A DNA stretch of 64,000 bases from Myxococcota bacterium. Lineage in GTDB: Bacteria > Myxococcota_A > UBA9160 > UBA6930. The DNA is taken from NCBI GenBank assembly GCA_965223415.1, contig OZ245002.1, positions 1,376,001-1,440,000 on the forward strand. The letters are read 5' to 3'. Of the stretch, positions 8,723-18,087 are shown in pieces. Within the stretch, counting starts at the first letter, position 1. Each line of letters begins with the position of its first letter. Below the pieces are notes generated by a model. That model was given only the letters and a program-made list of their open reading frames with translations, did no database searches and was not told where the DNA came from. Made by a program: the position numbers and the translations under genes.

Positions 8723-10864
8723 ATGCGACGTGCCGCCCCTCTCCTCCTGGCCCTTCTCCTGGCCAGCTCCTGCGGCGAGCACCTGGGCCCCGGTACACCC
8801 GCGCAGACGCCGCGCCCGAAGCTCCCCGAGGCGGAGGGCGCACAGATCCTCTTCGGCGACCTTCACACCCACACCCACTTCTCCCTCGACGCCTGGGCCG
8901 TGAACCTGCCCGTCCTCGGAGGCGAAGGGGCCCACCCTCCCGCCGACGCTTGCGACTTCGCGCGCTACTGCGCGGCCCTCGACTTCTGGAGCATCAACGA
9001 TCACGCCGAGGGCCTGACGCCCCGCCATTGGGACGAGACCCGCCGGGCGGTGCGCGACTGCAACGCGGTGACCGACCCGGCCAATCCGGACCTCGTCACC
9101 TTCCTCGGCTGGGAGTGGACCCAGGTCGGGACCGAGCCGGCCAATCACTTCGGCCACAAGAACGTGGTGCTGCGCCACGTCGACGATGCCCGCGTACCGC
9201 CGCGGCCGATCAGCGCCCTTCGCCCGGAATTCCGCGAGAGCCCGATCCCACCGGCGGTGCGCTTCGTCCTGCCGATCGCGGACTTCGCGAACCGCGCCTA
9301 CTACTTCGACTGGGTGAAGCGCTTCGAGGAGACGAACGCCACTCCCCTCTGCGAGCCGGGCGTGGACACGCGGGAGCTCCCGACGGACTGCCTCGAGTTC
9401 GCGAACGAGCCGCGCACCCTGTTCGAGAAGCTCGCCCAGTGGGGCGGCGAGGCCCTGGTGATTCCCCACGGCACGACCTGGGGGCTGATGACGCCACCAG
9501 CGAGCGAGATCGGCATGCAGCTGGCCGGTGGCCAGCACGATCCGACCCGACAGAAGCTGTTCGAGATCTACTCGGGCCACGGCAGCGCCGAGGAGTACCG
9601 CCCGTGGCGAGCCGACGTACGCGACGAAGCGGGCCGGCCCGTCTGCCAGGAGCCGACGCCGGGCTACCTGCCCTGCTGCTGGCGGGCCGGGGAGATCATC
9701 CGCGAACGGTGCGACGATCCGACGTCCGCGGCCTGCGAGGAGAAGGCCCGGGAGGCCCGCCGTCACTTCGCCGAGGCCGGCGTGGGCGGTTACCGCACGA
9801 TCGCCGGCGTCAGCGCCGCGGACTGGCTCGATTGCGGCCAATGCCGGGACTGCCCCCTCTCGGTGATGGACCACCGCCCCGCCATGTCCGCCCAGGCCGC
9901 GCTCGCCGAGGGAGCGCCGACCGGGGACGGCGCGCCCGGTCGCTTCCGCTTCGGATTCCTCGGCAGCAGCGACACCCACAAAGCGCGGCCCGGCAACGGC
10001 TACAAGGAGACCGCCCGCTCCCGGATGACCGACTCGATGGGGAAGATGAGCGACTTGCTAGGCGGCGAGGAGGAGCCGGCGGACGCGTCGCGGGAGGTCG
10101 TCCTCGCCGAGTTGCCGCTGCAGCAGCGCCGCTACATCGAGCGGCAGAGCTCCTTCTACGTCACCGGCGGACTCGTCGCCGTGCACGCCGCGGACCGGAC
10201 GCGGGACGGCATCTGGGAGGCGCTCGTGGAGCGGCGGGTGTATGGAACCTCCGGTCCACGCATCCTGCTCTCCTTCGAGCTCCTGAACGGGCCCGCGGGC
10301 CCGCGGCCCATGGGCTCGGAGGTCGAGACTGGCGCCGTACCCCGTTTCCGGGTCTCCGCCTCTGGCGCCCGCAAGCAGAAGCCCGGCTGCCCGGCCCACG
10401 CCGAGGCCGCCCTCGGCCCGGCGCGCCTCGAGACCCTGTGCGCCGGAGAGTGCTTCCATCCGGGCGACGAGCGCTGGCGCATCGAGGCCGTGGAGGTGGC
10501 CCGGATCCGCCCCCGCGTTTCTGCGACGGAGGACCTGGCCGAGCTGATCGACGACCCCTGGCGGATCCTCCCCTGCCCGCCGGCCCCGGATGGCTGCCGG
10601 GTCGAGTTCGAGGATCCGGAGTATCCGGGGCTCGGCCGCGAGGTCGTCTACTACGTGCGCGCGCTCCAGGAGCCGACGCCGGCGATCGGCGCCGACCCCA
10701 CCGGCTGCGAGCGAGACGCGGAGGGCCGCTGCCTCTCCGTGCGGCTGTGCGGCGACGACCCGGACGACCCGGACGACCCGGACTGCCTCTCCCCCGTGGC
10801 CGAGCGAGCCTGGTCCTCGCCGATCTTCCTGACGCCCGGGCATTCGCCGAACGCACTAGAGTGA
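8723..10864 (+). CDS. DUF3604 family (PHP-fold) lipoprotein
   Basis: Lipobox-like LASSC; LFGDLHTHTHFSLDA, DFWSINDHAE, GWEWT, GSSDTH, VYGTSG, YYVRALQEPT and ERAWSSPIF. Confidence 0.85.
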   Translation: MRRAAPLLLALLLASSCGEHLGPGTPAQTPRPKLPEAEGAQILFGDLHTHTHFSLDAWAVNLPVLGGEGAHPPADACDFARYCAALDFWSINDHAEGLTPRHWDETRRAVRDCNAVTDPANPDLVTFLGWEWTQVGTEPANHFGHKNVVLRHVDDARVPPRPISALRPEFRESPIPPAVRFVLPIADFANRAYYFDWVKRFEETNATPLCEPGVDTRELPTDCLEFANEPRTLFEKLAQWGGEALVIPHGTTWGLMTPPASEIGMQLAGGQHDPTRQKLFEIYSGHGSAEEYRPWRADVRDEAGRPVCQEPTPGYLPCCWRAGEIIRERCDDPTSAACEEKAREARRHFAEAGVGGYRTIAGVSAADWLDCGQCRDCPLSVMDHRPAMSAQAALAEGAPTGDGAPGRFRFGFLGSSDTHKARPGNGYKETARSRMTDSMGKMSDLLGGEEEPADASREVVLAELPLQQRRYIERQSSFYVTGGLVAVHAADRTRDGIWEALVERRVYGTSGPRILLSFELLNGPAGPRPMGSEVETGAVPRFRVSASGARKQKPGCPAHAEAALGPARLETLCAGECFHPGDERWRIEAVEVARIRPRVSATEDLAELIDDPWRILPCPPAPDGCRVEFEDPEYPGLGREVVYYVRALQEPTPAIGADPTGCERDAEGRCLSVRLCGDDPDDPDDPDCLSPVAERAWSSPIFLTPGHSPNALE

Positions 10865-10903
10865 CCGTGGCCCGGCGCTACGCGCCGGGAGCAAGGAGAC
10901 CCC

Positions 10904-11701
10904 ATGCCCCTGCACCGCTTCCTCGGTATCGAGATCGGCGTGCCGGAGCCCGCGATCCTGGAGGCCTGCTACCGGGAGATCGGCCTCGAAGGGGGCTCCG
11001 GCCTCTGGGGAACCGCCGACGTGTCGGGCCAGATCCGGATCGAGGAGACCCGGGTACGCCGGCTCCTCGCCATGCGCGTCGGCTGCCATGACGAAGCGGA
11101 CCTCGACCGCATCGCCAGACGACTCGACGGCCTCGGCGCCAAGCACCAGCGCGGCGACGGCAAGCTGCGCGCCACCGACCCGGTCAACGGATGGGACGTG
11201 GTCGTGGAGCCGGCGCCGCGGATGGACCTCACGGTCCAGCCGCCCCGGATCCTGAACGGGCCGAGCAGTCGCGGCCGACAGGGCAGCCGTGCCGAGCCCG
11301 TCGTGCAGCGCGAGGCCCCGCGGCCGCCGCGACGCCTGGGCCACTGCGTGGTCGGCACCCACGACCCGCTGAAGACCGCCGAGTTCATGCTCGACGGCAT
11401 CGGCTACCGCCTGACCGACAAGATCGCCGGCGGCGCTGCCCAGTTCATGCGCTGCTCCTCCGACCACCACAACCTGCTGATCGCCCCGGGCCCCTGCCCC
11501 CACCTCAACCACTACGCCTTCGAGCAGGACGACATCGACGGCGTCGGTCACGCCGCCTCCCGCTACCTCCGCGAGCACCCGGACCGCGACATCTCGGGCA
11601 TCGGCCGCCACGTGATCGGCTCCAACGTCTTCTGGTACATGCTCGACCCAAGCGGAAACATGTTCGAGTTCTTCACCGACATGGACTGCATCACCGACGA
11701 C
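10904..11701 (+). pseudogene. VOC/extradiol-dioxygenase-like gene, 5' part, interrupted by an IS256-family element
   Basis: RRLGHCVV, SDHHNL, HLNHYAF and GRHVIGSNVFWYMLDPSGNMFEFF; the natural frame continues at 14266 after the insertion. Confidence 0.85.
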
Positions 11702-11793
11702 GGATCCGCCCCGAGTTCCGTGGAAATTGTGAGGTGGCGTAACCTTCCGAGCTGACAAAGCAAATCGCCGAGAAGGCGATGGAGGGCTACGCC

Positions 11794-12999
11794 ATGAACG
11801 AGGGTATCACGAACGAGGCCGAGGTGATCCGGCTGCGGCAGGACATCCAGGGGTTCTTGCGGCGCCGGGTGCTTGAAGCGGTCCAGGTGGTGCTGGAGGA
11901 GGAGCTGGACGAGGCCCTGGGAGCCCGTCGCTACGCACGAAGCGAGCAGCGGCGGGGCACCCGCAACGGTCACCAGGCGAGGCGGATCACGACCTCGCTG
12001 GGGACGGCGACGCTCGAGGTGCCGCGAGGCCGGATCGCCCTGGAGGACGGATCGAGCCGCGAGTTCCAAAGCCAGGTGCTCTCGCGCTACCAGCGCCGGA
12101 CCCGGGACGTCGATGAAGCGATCCTCGGGGCGTACCTCGCTGGGGCGAACACGCGGCGCATCCGCAAGGCGCTGTCCCCTCTGCTCGGGGAGGAGCATCT
12201 GTCGAAGAGCGCGGTCTCGCGGGTCGCGGCGCGTCTCAGGGAGCACTTCGCTGCGTGGAGCTGCCGGGACCTTTCGGAGGAGAGCTGTCGAGTGCTCTTC
12301 CTCGACGGCCTGCACTTGAAGGTGCGGCTTGCCCGGCGCGTGGTGAGCGCCCCGGTGCTCGCCGTGCTGGGCGTGGCCGACGATGGCACGAAGCGCCTCG
12401 TGGGCCTGGAGCTGGCGCTCAGCGAGGCGAGCGAGCACTGGGGTCGCGTGGTGCGGGATCTCCAGCGACGCGGGCTTCCGAGTCCGGCTCTCCTCGTCAC
12501 CGACGGCCACGCGGGCCTCGCCAAGGCGCTGGAGGCCTGGCCGGAGACGAAGGTGCAGCGCTGTACCGTGCACAAGTGGGCGAACCTCGCGTCGCACTGC
12601 CCCGTGCATGCGCGGCGCGAGATGAAGCGCGACTACGACGCCATCATCTATGCCGAGGACGGTATGCGGGCCCGCGAGGCCTACGCAGCCTTCGTGCGGA
12701 AGTGGACGCCGCTGTGCCCCAAGGCGGTGGCGAGCCTGGAGGAAGCCGGAGAGCGACTGCTCACGTTCACGGCCTTCCCGAAGGCGCTGTGGAAAGCGAT
12801 TCGCACGACCAACTCCATCGAGAACCTGAACCGGGAGTTTCGGCGCAGGACGAAGACGCAGGCCTCGTTCTCGAGCGAGGAGGCCGCTGTGGCACTCCTC
12901 TACGGCCCCGTGGCCTTCGGGCAGATCCCGATGAATCGGATCGCCGGCTACGAGCGGCTCCACAAGCTCGAAAGGCCCGTGGCTCAGGAGGCCGCATGA
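11794..12999 (+). CDS. IS256-family (Mutator-type) DDE transposase
   Basis: RNGHQAR, VPRGR, LFLDG (D), LVTDG (D), QRCTVHK (CxxH) and TTNSIENLNREFRRR (E); GGAGGG RBS before ATG 11794 (alternative start 11779). Confidence 0.95.
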   Translation: MNEGITNEAEVIRLRQDIQGFLRRRVLEAVQVVLEEELDEALGARRYARSEQRRGTRNGHQARRITTSLGTATLEVPRGRIALEDGSSREFQSQVLSRYQRRTRDVDEAILGAYLAGANTRRIRKALSPLLGEEHLSKSAVSRVAARLREHFAAWSCRDLSEESCRVLFLDGLHLKVRLARRVVSAPVLAVLGVADDGTKRLVGLELALSEASEHWGRVVRDLQRRGLPSPALLVTDGHAGLAKALEAWPETKVQRCTVHKWANLASHCPVHARREMKRDYDAIIYAEDGMRAREAYAAFVRKWTPLCPKAVASLEEAGERLLTFTAFPKALWKAIRTTNSIENLNREFRRRTKTQASFSSEEAAVALLYGPVAFGQIPMNRIAGYERLHKLERPVAQEAA

Positions 13000-13105
13000 A
13001 CCCTGGTTACGCGGGCACGCCCAACGGCTCGCCCGGGAGCTGCGCCTCGTCGTCGCTGGTCGCAGGCGGTTGAACGGCCTGGGCCCGAGGCGGTAGTCTC
13101 GGGCC

Positions 13106-14104
13106 ATGTCCTCGAAAAAGCGTCGCGCCCAGAAGAGAGCTCGAACGAAGAAGCAGAGTCCGCAGAAGAGGGGAACCTCCTCGCCCGACCGGCGACAAGC
13201 CTCCACATCGGATCCCATCGTCACGGGTTTCGAAACCGAACAGCTCATGCGGAAGGTCCATCGGGCCATGGGGGACCGGGAGTTCGAGTCCACGGCGGAT
13301 CTCCAGGAGTTCCTGAACGGCTTCATGGGGAAACCGATCGATGAGATCGTCTTCGAGAACGAGAGCGATTCCGAGCGCGCACAGCAGCTCGTGTACGAGG
13401 CCTTCGAGGTCTTCCCTTCGGAGAAGGCAGTGGCGCTCGCGAGGCAGGCGCTCGCGCTCGATGACGGATGCGTCGATGCGCAGGTGATGCTGGCCCAGCT
13501 CTCCGGATCCTCTCAGGACGACTACGCGATGGAGCTCGAGGGGATCGTCTCGTCCGCGGAGGCTCGGCTCGGGCTCACCCTCGAAGAAGAGGCCGGACAC
13601 TTCTGGGGCATCCTCGAGACGCGCCCCTACATGCGGGCCTGCATGGAACTCGCGTTCGCGCTCTGGCGATCGGGACGTGAGGCGGAGGCCTGCGAACGCC
13701 TGGCGCGCATGCTCGAGCTCAACCCCAACGACAATCAAGGGGTCCGCGGCACGCTCGTGGGGTGGCGGCTGGCGACGGGCGATGTGGCTGGGGCGCGCTG
13801 CGTGCTCGATCAGTACAGCGACTCGGGCGAGGCGGTGCTCGCCTGGGGTCGGGTCCTTGCGTGCTGGATGGCCGACGATCTGCTCGCGGCAGCCGGCGCG
13901 CTCGAGGTCGCCCGCAAGTCGAATCCGCACGCCGAGCGCTACTTTAACGGTTGCTCGGACTGCCCCGAGGAGGGACCTGACTCCTACTCGCCTGGGGAGG
14001 AGAGCGAAGCAGTGGTGTGCGCGATGGACCTTGGTCAAGCCTGGCACCGGCAGCCCACGGCTCGGCTCTGGCTCCGCCAACAGGCCTCTGCGGAGCTCCA
14101 CTGA
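13106..14104 (+). CDS. TPR-like helical repeat protein, passenger inside the IS ends
   Basis: AQQLVYEAFE...ARQALALDDGCVDAQVML, FWGILETRPYMRA and LELNPNDNQGVR; helical TPR-like pattern with a basic N-terminus. Confidence 0.75.
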   Translation: MSSKKRRAQKRARTKKQSPQKRGTSSPDRRQASTSDPIVTGFETEQLMRKVHRAMGDREFESTADLQEFLNGFMGKPIDEIVFENESDSERAQQLVYEAFEVFPSEKAVALARQALALDDGCVDAQVMLAQLSGSSQDDYAMELEGIVSSAEARLGLTLEEEAGHFWGILETRPYMRACMELAFALWRSGREAEACERLARMLELNPNDNQGVRGTLVGWRLATGDVAGARCVLDQYSDSGEAVLAWGRVLACWMADDLLAAAGALEVARKSNPHAERYFNGCSDCPEEGPDSYSPGEESEAVVCAMDLGQAWHRQPTARLWLRQQASAELH

Positions 14105-14265
14105 GTCCCTGAAGTGCTCTGCGCGACTCCCAGAGAGCCGCTCCCCACGACGAGACGCTATGTCCCGCGGTGGCAAGGCGAGCCGGTTGGCTATCGTCCG
14201 GCTTCAACCGTCAGCTCGATAGGCTACGCCAAAGTCCACAGGAATCGGGACGGGTCCCCGACGAC

Positions 14266-14394
14266 GACGCCTGGGAAGTCGGCGACTGGGGCCCCGAGTG
14301 GAGCACCTGGGGACCGCCGGAGCCCCCGGAAGTGTTCTTCCAGATGAGCGACCTGGCGGAGCTGGGGAAGGACTGGGAGAGCCGGAAGGCGTAG
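14266..14394 (+). pseudogene. 3' remnant of the interrupted VOC gene
   Basis: DAWEVGDWGPEWSTWGPPEPPEVFFQMSDLAELGKDWESRKA* joins in frame to ...DCITDD once the element and one TSD copy are removed. Confidence 0.85.
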
Positions 14395-14553
14395 GGCCAG
14401 CCCTGCTTCGAGAGGGAGTCCGGCTAGGAAGCGGGGATCTCCACTGGATCGAACCCCGGCCCTGCCTTGCGCCAGCCCGTGCTGAGGGCCGGGCGGAAGC
14501 CGGGGCCGAGCCCGAACGCGCCCCCATCCCAACCGAACCCGAGCCCGCCTCCG

Positions 14554-16230
14554 CTACGGCCGTCCGTCTCCGCAAGCCACTCTCCGCTCGTCTCGCTCGA
14601 CCTCCACGGCGATCCCCCGTCCCTCGGCGTCACACACCACCGCCGCTGCGAAGCCCCGCCCGACCCGTCTACGAAGCGCCTCCCAGCTCTCCCGGCCAGC
14701 TCCCTCCGCGAAGAACGGCACCGCCTCGTACCCCCAGGTCCGATGCAGCAAGGCGATGCGCCGCCACCGCTGCACGGCCGCGATCATGTCGCCCTTCCCG
14801 AGGGCCTCCCAGAGCGCCTCCTCGTGGACCGCCGCCCCCGGCAGCACCAGCGTTGCCGCCACCCGCCGGTTCTCCGCATCCCACGCTCGGCGCGCCGCTT
14901 CGAGGGGGCGGAACCGTTCCGGCGCCGTCGGGAAGACGTCGCGGGTCTCACCGGGATCCGCGCCCAGGTCGAATCCCTCCACCCGTGCCGCGCGCCCATC
15001 CTCCCCGGGCCACCACAAGAGCTTGCGATCCCGGCTGCGCACCGCGACGACGCGCCGTTGCATCTCTCGCTTCGGGGTCGTCCAACCCTTGCGCGTGGTC
15101 TGCAGGAAGACGTACTCACGCGCCGCCTCGGCGCGCCCGTCGACGAGGGGTGCGAGGCTCACGCCCTGCATGGCGGGCATCACGCTGGCGGTCGGGACGC
15201 CCAGCCACTCGAAGAGGGTCGGCATGAGATCGACGCCCTGCACGAGGGCGTCGCTTCGGCCGGCGACCGGCGTGTTTCCGCGGAGGCTCTCGGGCAGGCG
15301 CACGACGAGGGGGATGCGCACGAGCTCGTCGTAGAGCTTGCCGTCATAGCCGGTGGAGGCGTGCCCGACCCAGCCGTGCTCGAGGAGCTCCTCACCGTGG
15401 TCGGCGGAGACGATGACGATGGTGCGCTCGAGGAGCCCGGTCTCGCGGAGGGCGGTGAAGGCGCGCCCGAGGTGGTCGTCGGCATCCCGCACGGTCTCGT
15501 CGTAGAGCGCGCGAATCGCTTCCGCGTCGCCGGGAACGAAGGCGATCTCTCCGGGGTGGGAGAAGCCCACCTGCGGGATCGGGGGACGGAGCACGAGGTA
15601 GTGCTCGCTCACAGCGCGGAAGCCCGGCGTCGAAGGGCGCTCGGCGAGGAAGCGCCCCGCGTTGCGCTCCGAAGGCTGGTAGGGGAGATGAGGCTCCTTG
15701 CTGTGGAGCCAGGCGAAGAAGGGCTTCTCCTCGGGCAGGGCGGCACGCTCTCGCACGAAGCGCTCGAAGTCGGTGGGGCCGAGCTCGGTCTCGATGCCGA
15801 GCCCGCCGTAATTCGCGCCGCGGCCGCTGTGGCCCAGCACTTCGTAGCCACGCCCGGCGAGCACGCGCAGGGGCGCCGCCAGGGCGTCGTCGTAGGCACT
15901 GTGCCGGCCGTTCTGGGCGTGGACCGGCGGGTAATAGCCCGTCAGCATCGAGACGATGCCGGGACTGGTCCAGGCGGACGTGGCGAAGGCGTTCTCGAAC
16001 ACGAACGCCTCGCGGGCGAAGGCCTCGAGCTGCGGCGTGGTGGGGCGCGCGTAGCCGTGGAGGCCGGTGTGGTCCGGGCGCAGGCAGTCGACGGTGAGGA
16101 GCAGGACGTTGGGGGCCACCGGGGCGCCCCAGGCGGGAGGGGCGAGAAGGAAGGCCACCGCCAGCAGCCATCGGGATCGGGTCGTCCCGCGCGAGACCCT
16201 CGCCGATCGCGTTGCGCCCCGAGCCGCCAC
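14554..16230 (-). CDS. Secreted sulfatase-like/alkaline phosphatase superfamily hydrolase
   Basis: Signal peptide; PNVLLLTVDCLRPDH, TSAWTSPG..SMLTG, PHLPY, SADHGE and GHASTGY. Confidence 0.85.
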   Translation of the reverse strand: MAARGATRSARVSRGTTRSRWLLAVAFLLAPPAWGAPVAPNVLLLTVDCLRPDHTGLHGYARPTTPQLEAFAREAFVFENAFATSAWTSPGIVSMLTGYYPPVHAQNGRHSAYDDALAAPLRVLAGRGYEVLGHSGRGANYGGLGIETELGPTDFERFVRERAALPEEKPFFAWLHSKEPHLPYQPSERNAGRFLAERPSTPGFRAVSEHYLVLRPPIPQVGFSHPGEIAFVPGDAEAIRALYDETVRDADDHLGRAFTALRETGLLERTIVIVSADHGEELLEHGWVGHASTGYDGKLYDELVRIPLVVRLPESLRGNTPVAGRSDALVQGVDLMPTLFEWLGVPTASVMPAMQGVSLAPLVDGRAEAAREYVFLQTTRKGWTTPKREMQRRVVAVRSRDRKLLWWPGEDGRAARVEGFDLGADPGETRDVFPTAPERFRPLEAARRAWDAENRRVAATLVLPGAAVHEEALWEALGKGDMIAAVQRWRRIALLHRTWGYEAVPFFAEGAGRESWEALRRRVGRGFAAAVVCDAEGRGIAVEVERDERRVACGDGRP

Positions 16231-16253
16231 GGGACGATCCTAGCGATGCACTA

Positions 16254-16280
16254 TTGACACTAAAAATGCCAATATGGCAT
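16254..16280 (+). promoter_or_regulatory. Putative promoter/operator upstream of the acyl-CoA synthetase
   Basis: TTGACA at 16254, imperfect IR TTGACA-N7-TGCCAA and perfect IR ATGCCA-ATA-TGGCAT (16266-16280) in an AT-rich patch. Confidence 0.5.
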
Positions 16281-16308
16281 CCTGGCCCGCCGCCGTCGGA
16301 GGACCCCC

Positions 16309-18087
16309 ATGAGCTCACTCGAGCGCCTCCAGACCCTTTGGACCGAGGCTCGCGGAATGGGGCGGGTCGCGCGCAACGCGCCGCGCCTGCTTCCCGCAGC
16401 ACCCTGGAACCCGGCACGGCTCCTCGAGGAGAAGGCGAAGCGGCTCGGACCCCGCCCGGCCCTCCTGTTCGAGGATCGCCGCCTCTCCTGGAGCGAGCTC
16501 GACGGAGAGGTGAACCGCGCAGCCCGCACGTTCCGGCAGATGGGGATCCGGCGCGGAGACGTCGTGGTTCTGCTGATGGACAACCGGCCCGAGTTCCTGT
16601 TCGCGGTCTCGGGCCTGAACCGGATCCGCGCCGGCGCGGCCCTGATCAACACGAACATCACCGGGGCGGCCCTGGCCCACGCGATCCGTATCGCCGAGCC
16701 CGTGGCCGTGCTGGCGGGCGCCGAGCACCGGGAGAAGCTCGAGACGGTGCTCCCCGAGCTCGAACAGCTGCCGAAGGATCGAGTGTGGATCCAGCGGGAC
16801 GGGGACGACACCGCCGTCGGCGGCTTCCGCAGCTTCGACGAGGCCGCGGCGCGAGAGAGCACGCGGCCGCTTCCAGACCGCCCGGTGCCCCGGGCGGACG
16901 ACCGCTTCGGCTTCATCTACACCTCCGGAACGACCGGGCTGCCGAAGGCCGCGGTGATCAAGAACCAGCGCATCATGGCGCCCGGCGCCATGCTGGGCGA
17001 CGGCGTGTTCGAGATGACGCCCGACGACGTCGTCTACATCACCACCCCGCTCTACCACAGCGTCGGCATGTTCATCGGTTGGGGGGGCACGCTCACGACC
17101 GGCGCCACCATCGCCCTGCGGCGCAAGTTCTCCGCCTCGCGCTTCTGGGAGGACGTGCGCCGTTTCGACGCGACGGTCTTCGTCTACATCGGAGAGCTGT
17201 GCCGCTACCTGCTGAACCAGCCGGAGCACCCGGACGAGCGGCGGCACCGGCTGCGGATCGCCGGCGGCAACGGCCTGCGCCCGGACATCTGGGAGGCGTT
17301 CCAGTCGCGCTTCGGGATCCCGCTGATCCGCGAGTACTACGGCGCCACCGAGGGCACGGTCTCCACCGTCAACATGACCGGCAAGAAGGGAATGGTGGGG
17401 CGCCTGCCGCCCGGCGCCTACCTGCTGCGCTGTGATCCGGAGACCGGCGAGCCCTGGCGCAGCGCCGACGGACGCTGCGAGGCCGTCGGTGCCGGGGGCA
17501 CGGGGCTCCTCGTGGGCCGCATCACCCGCGCCCTGCCCTTCGACGGCTACGCCGACGCGGAGGCGACGAAGAAGAAGATCCTCGAGGGCGTCTTCCACGG
17601 GGGCGATCGCTACTTCAACACGGGCGACCTGCTGACCCTCCATGAGGACCGGTGGCTCGGCTTTGCCGATCGCGTGGGCGACACCTTCCGGTGGAAGGGC
17701 GAGAACGTGTCGACCAACGAGGTGGCGGAGATCCTGAACGGGGCCCGCGGCGTGCTCGAGACGAACGTCTACGGCGTGAAGGTGCCGGGCGCCGACGGAC
17801 GGGCCGGGATGGCCAGCGTCCATCACGACGAGCGCTTCTCGATCGACGAGCTCGCGGCCTTCGTGAGCCGCGAGCTGCCGGGTTACATGCGGCCCTACTT
17901 CGTCCGTCTGCAACGGGAGATGCGCATTACCGGCACCTTCAAGCACCAGAAGGTCGACTACCGGCGCGAGGGCTACGACCCCTCCCTCGTGTCCGACCCA
18001 CTCTACTTCCTGCAAGGCGACCGCTACGTGCCCCTCGACACCGAGCTGTTCGGGGGCATCGAGAGCGGACGCGTCGAGGTTCGCTGA
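16309..18087 (+). CDS. Long-chain acyl-CoA synthetase (FATP/FadD6-like)
   Basis: FIYTSGTTGLPKA, YIGELCRYL, GNGLRPDIW, YGATEG, FNTGDL and DRVGDTFRWKGENVST. Confidence 0.93.
   Translation: MSSLERLQTLWTEARGMGRVARNAPRLLPAAPWNPARLLEEKAKRLGPRPALLFEDRRLSWSELDGEVNRAARTFRQMGIRRGDVVVLLMDNRPEFLFAVSGLNRIRAGAALINTNITGAALAHAIRIAEPVAVLAGAEHREKLETVLPELEQLPKDRVWIQRDGDDTAVGGFRSFDEAAARESTRPLPDRPVPRADDRFGFIYTSGTTGLPKAAVIKNQRIMAPGAMLGDGVFEMTPDDVVYITTPLYHSVGMFIGWGGTLTTGATIALRRKFSASRFWEDVRRFDATVFVYIGELCRYLLNQPEHPDERRHRLRIAGGNGLRPDIWEAFQSRFGIPLIREYYGATEGTVSTVNMTGKKGMVGRLPPGAYLLRCDPETGEPWRSADGRCEAVGAGGTGLLVGRITRALPFDGYADAEATKKKILEGVFHGGDRYFNTGDLLTLHEDRWLGFADRVGDTFRWKGENVSTNEVAEILNGARGVLETNVYGVKVPGADGRAGMASVHHDERFSIDELAAFVSRELPGYMRPYFVRLQREMRITGTFKHQKVDYRREGYDPSLVSDPLYFLQGDRYVPLDTELFGGIESGRVEVR

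Larger units (their letters stand above)
11702..14257 (+). mobile_element. IS256-family element (2556 bp) carrying a passenger gene
   Basis: 8-bp target duplication CCGACGAC at 11694-11701 and 14258-14265; terminal IRs GGATCCGCCCCGAGTTCCGTGGAAATTG vs rc GGACCCGTCCCGATTCCTGTGGACTTTG (21/28), plus an inner IR block 11736-11756 vs 14210-14230 (18/21). Confidence 0.92.

Noticed and set aside
10754..10783. 9-bp tandem repeat GACGACCCG x3 (DDPDDPDDPD)
   Set aside because: In-frame low-complexity loop in DUF3604; no sign of phase variation.
14395..14553. GC-rich imperfect hairpins between the VOC remnant and the sulfatase-like gene
   Set aside because: Weak pairing expected by chance at this GC content; at most a terminator.
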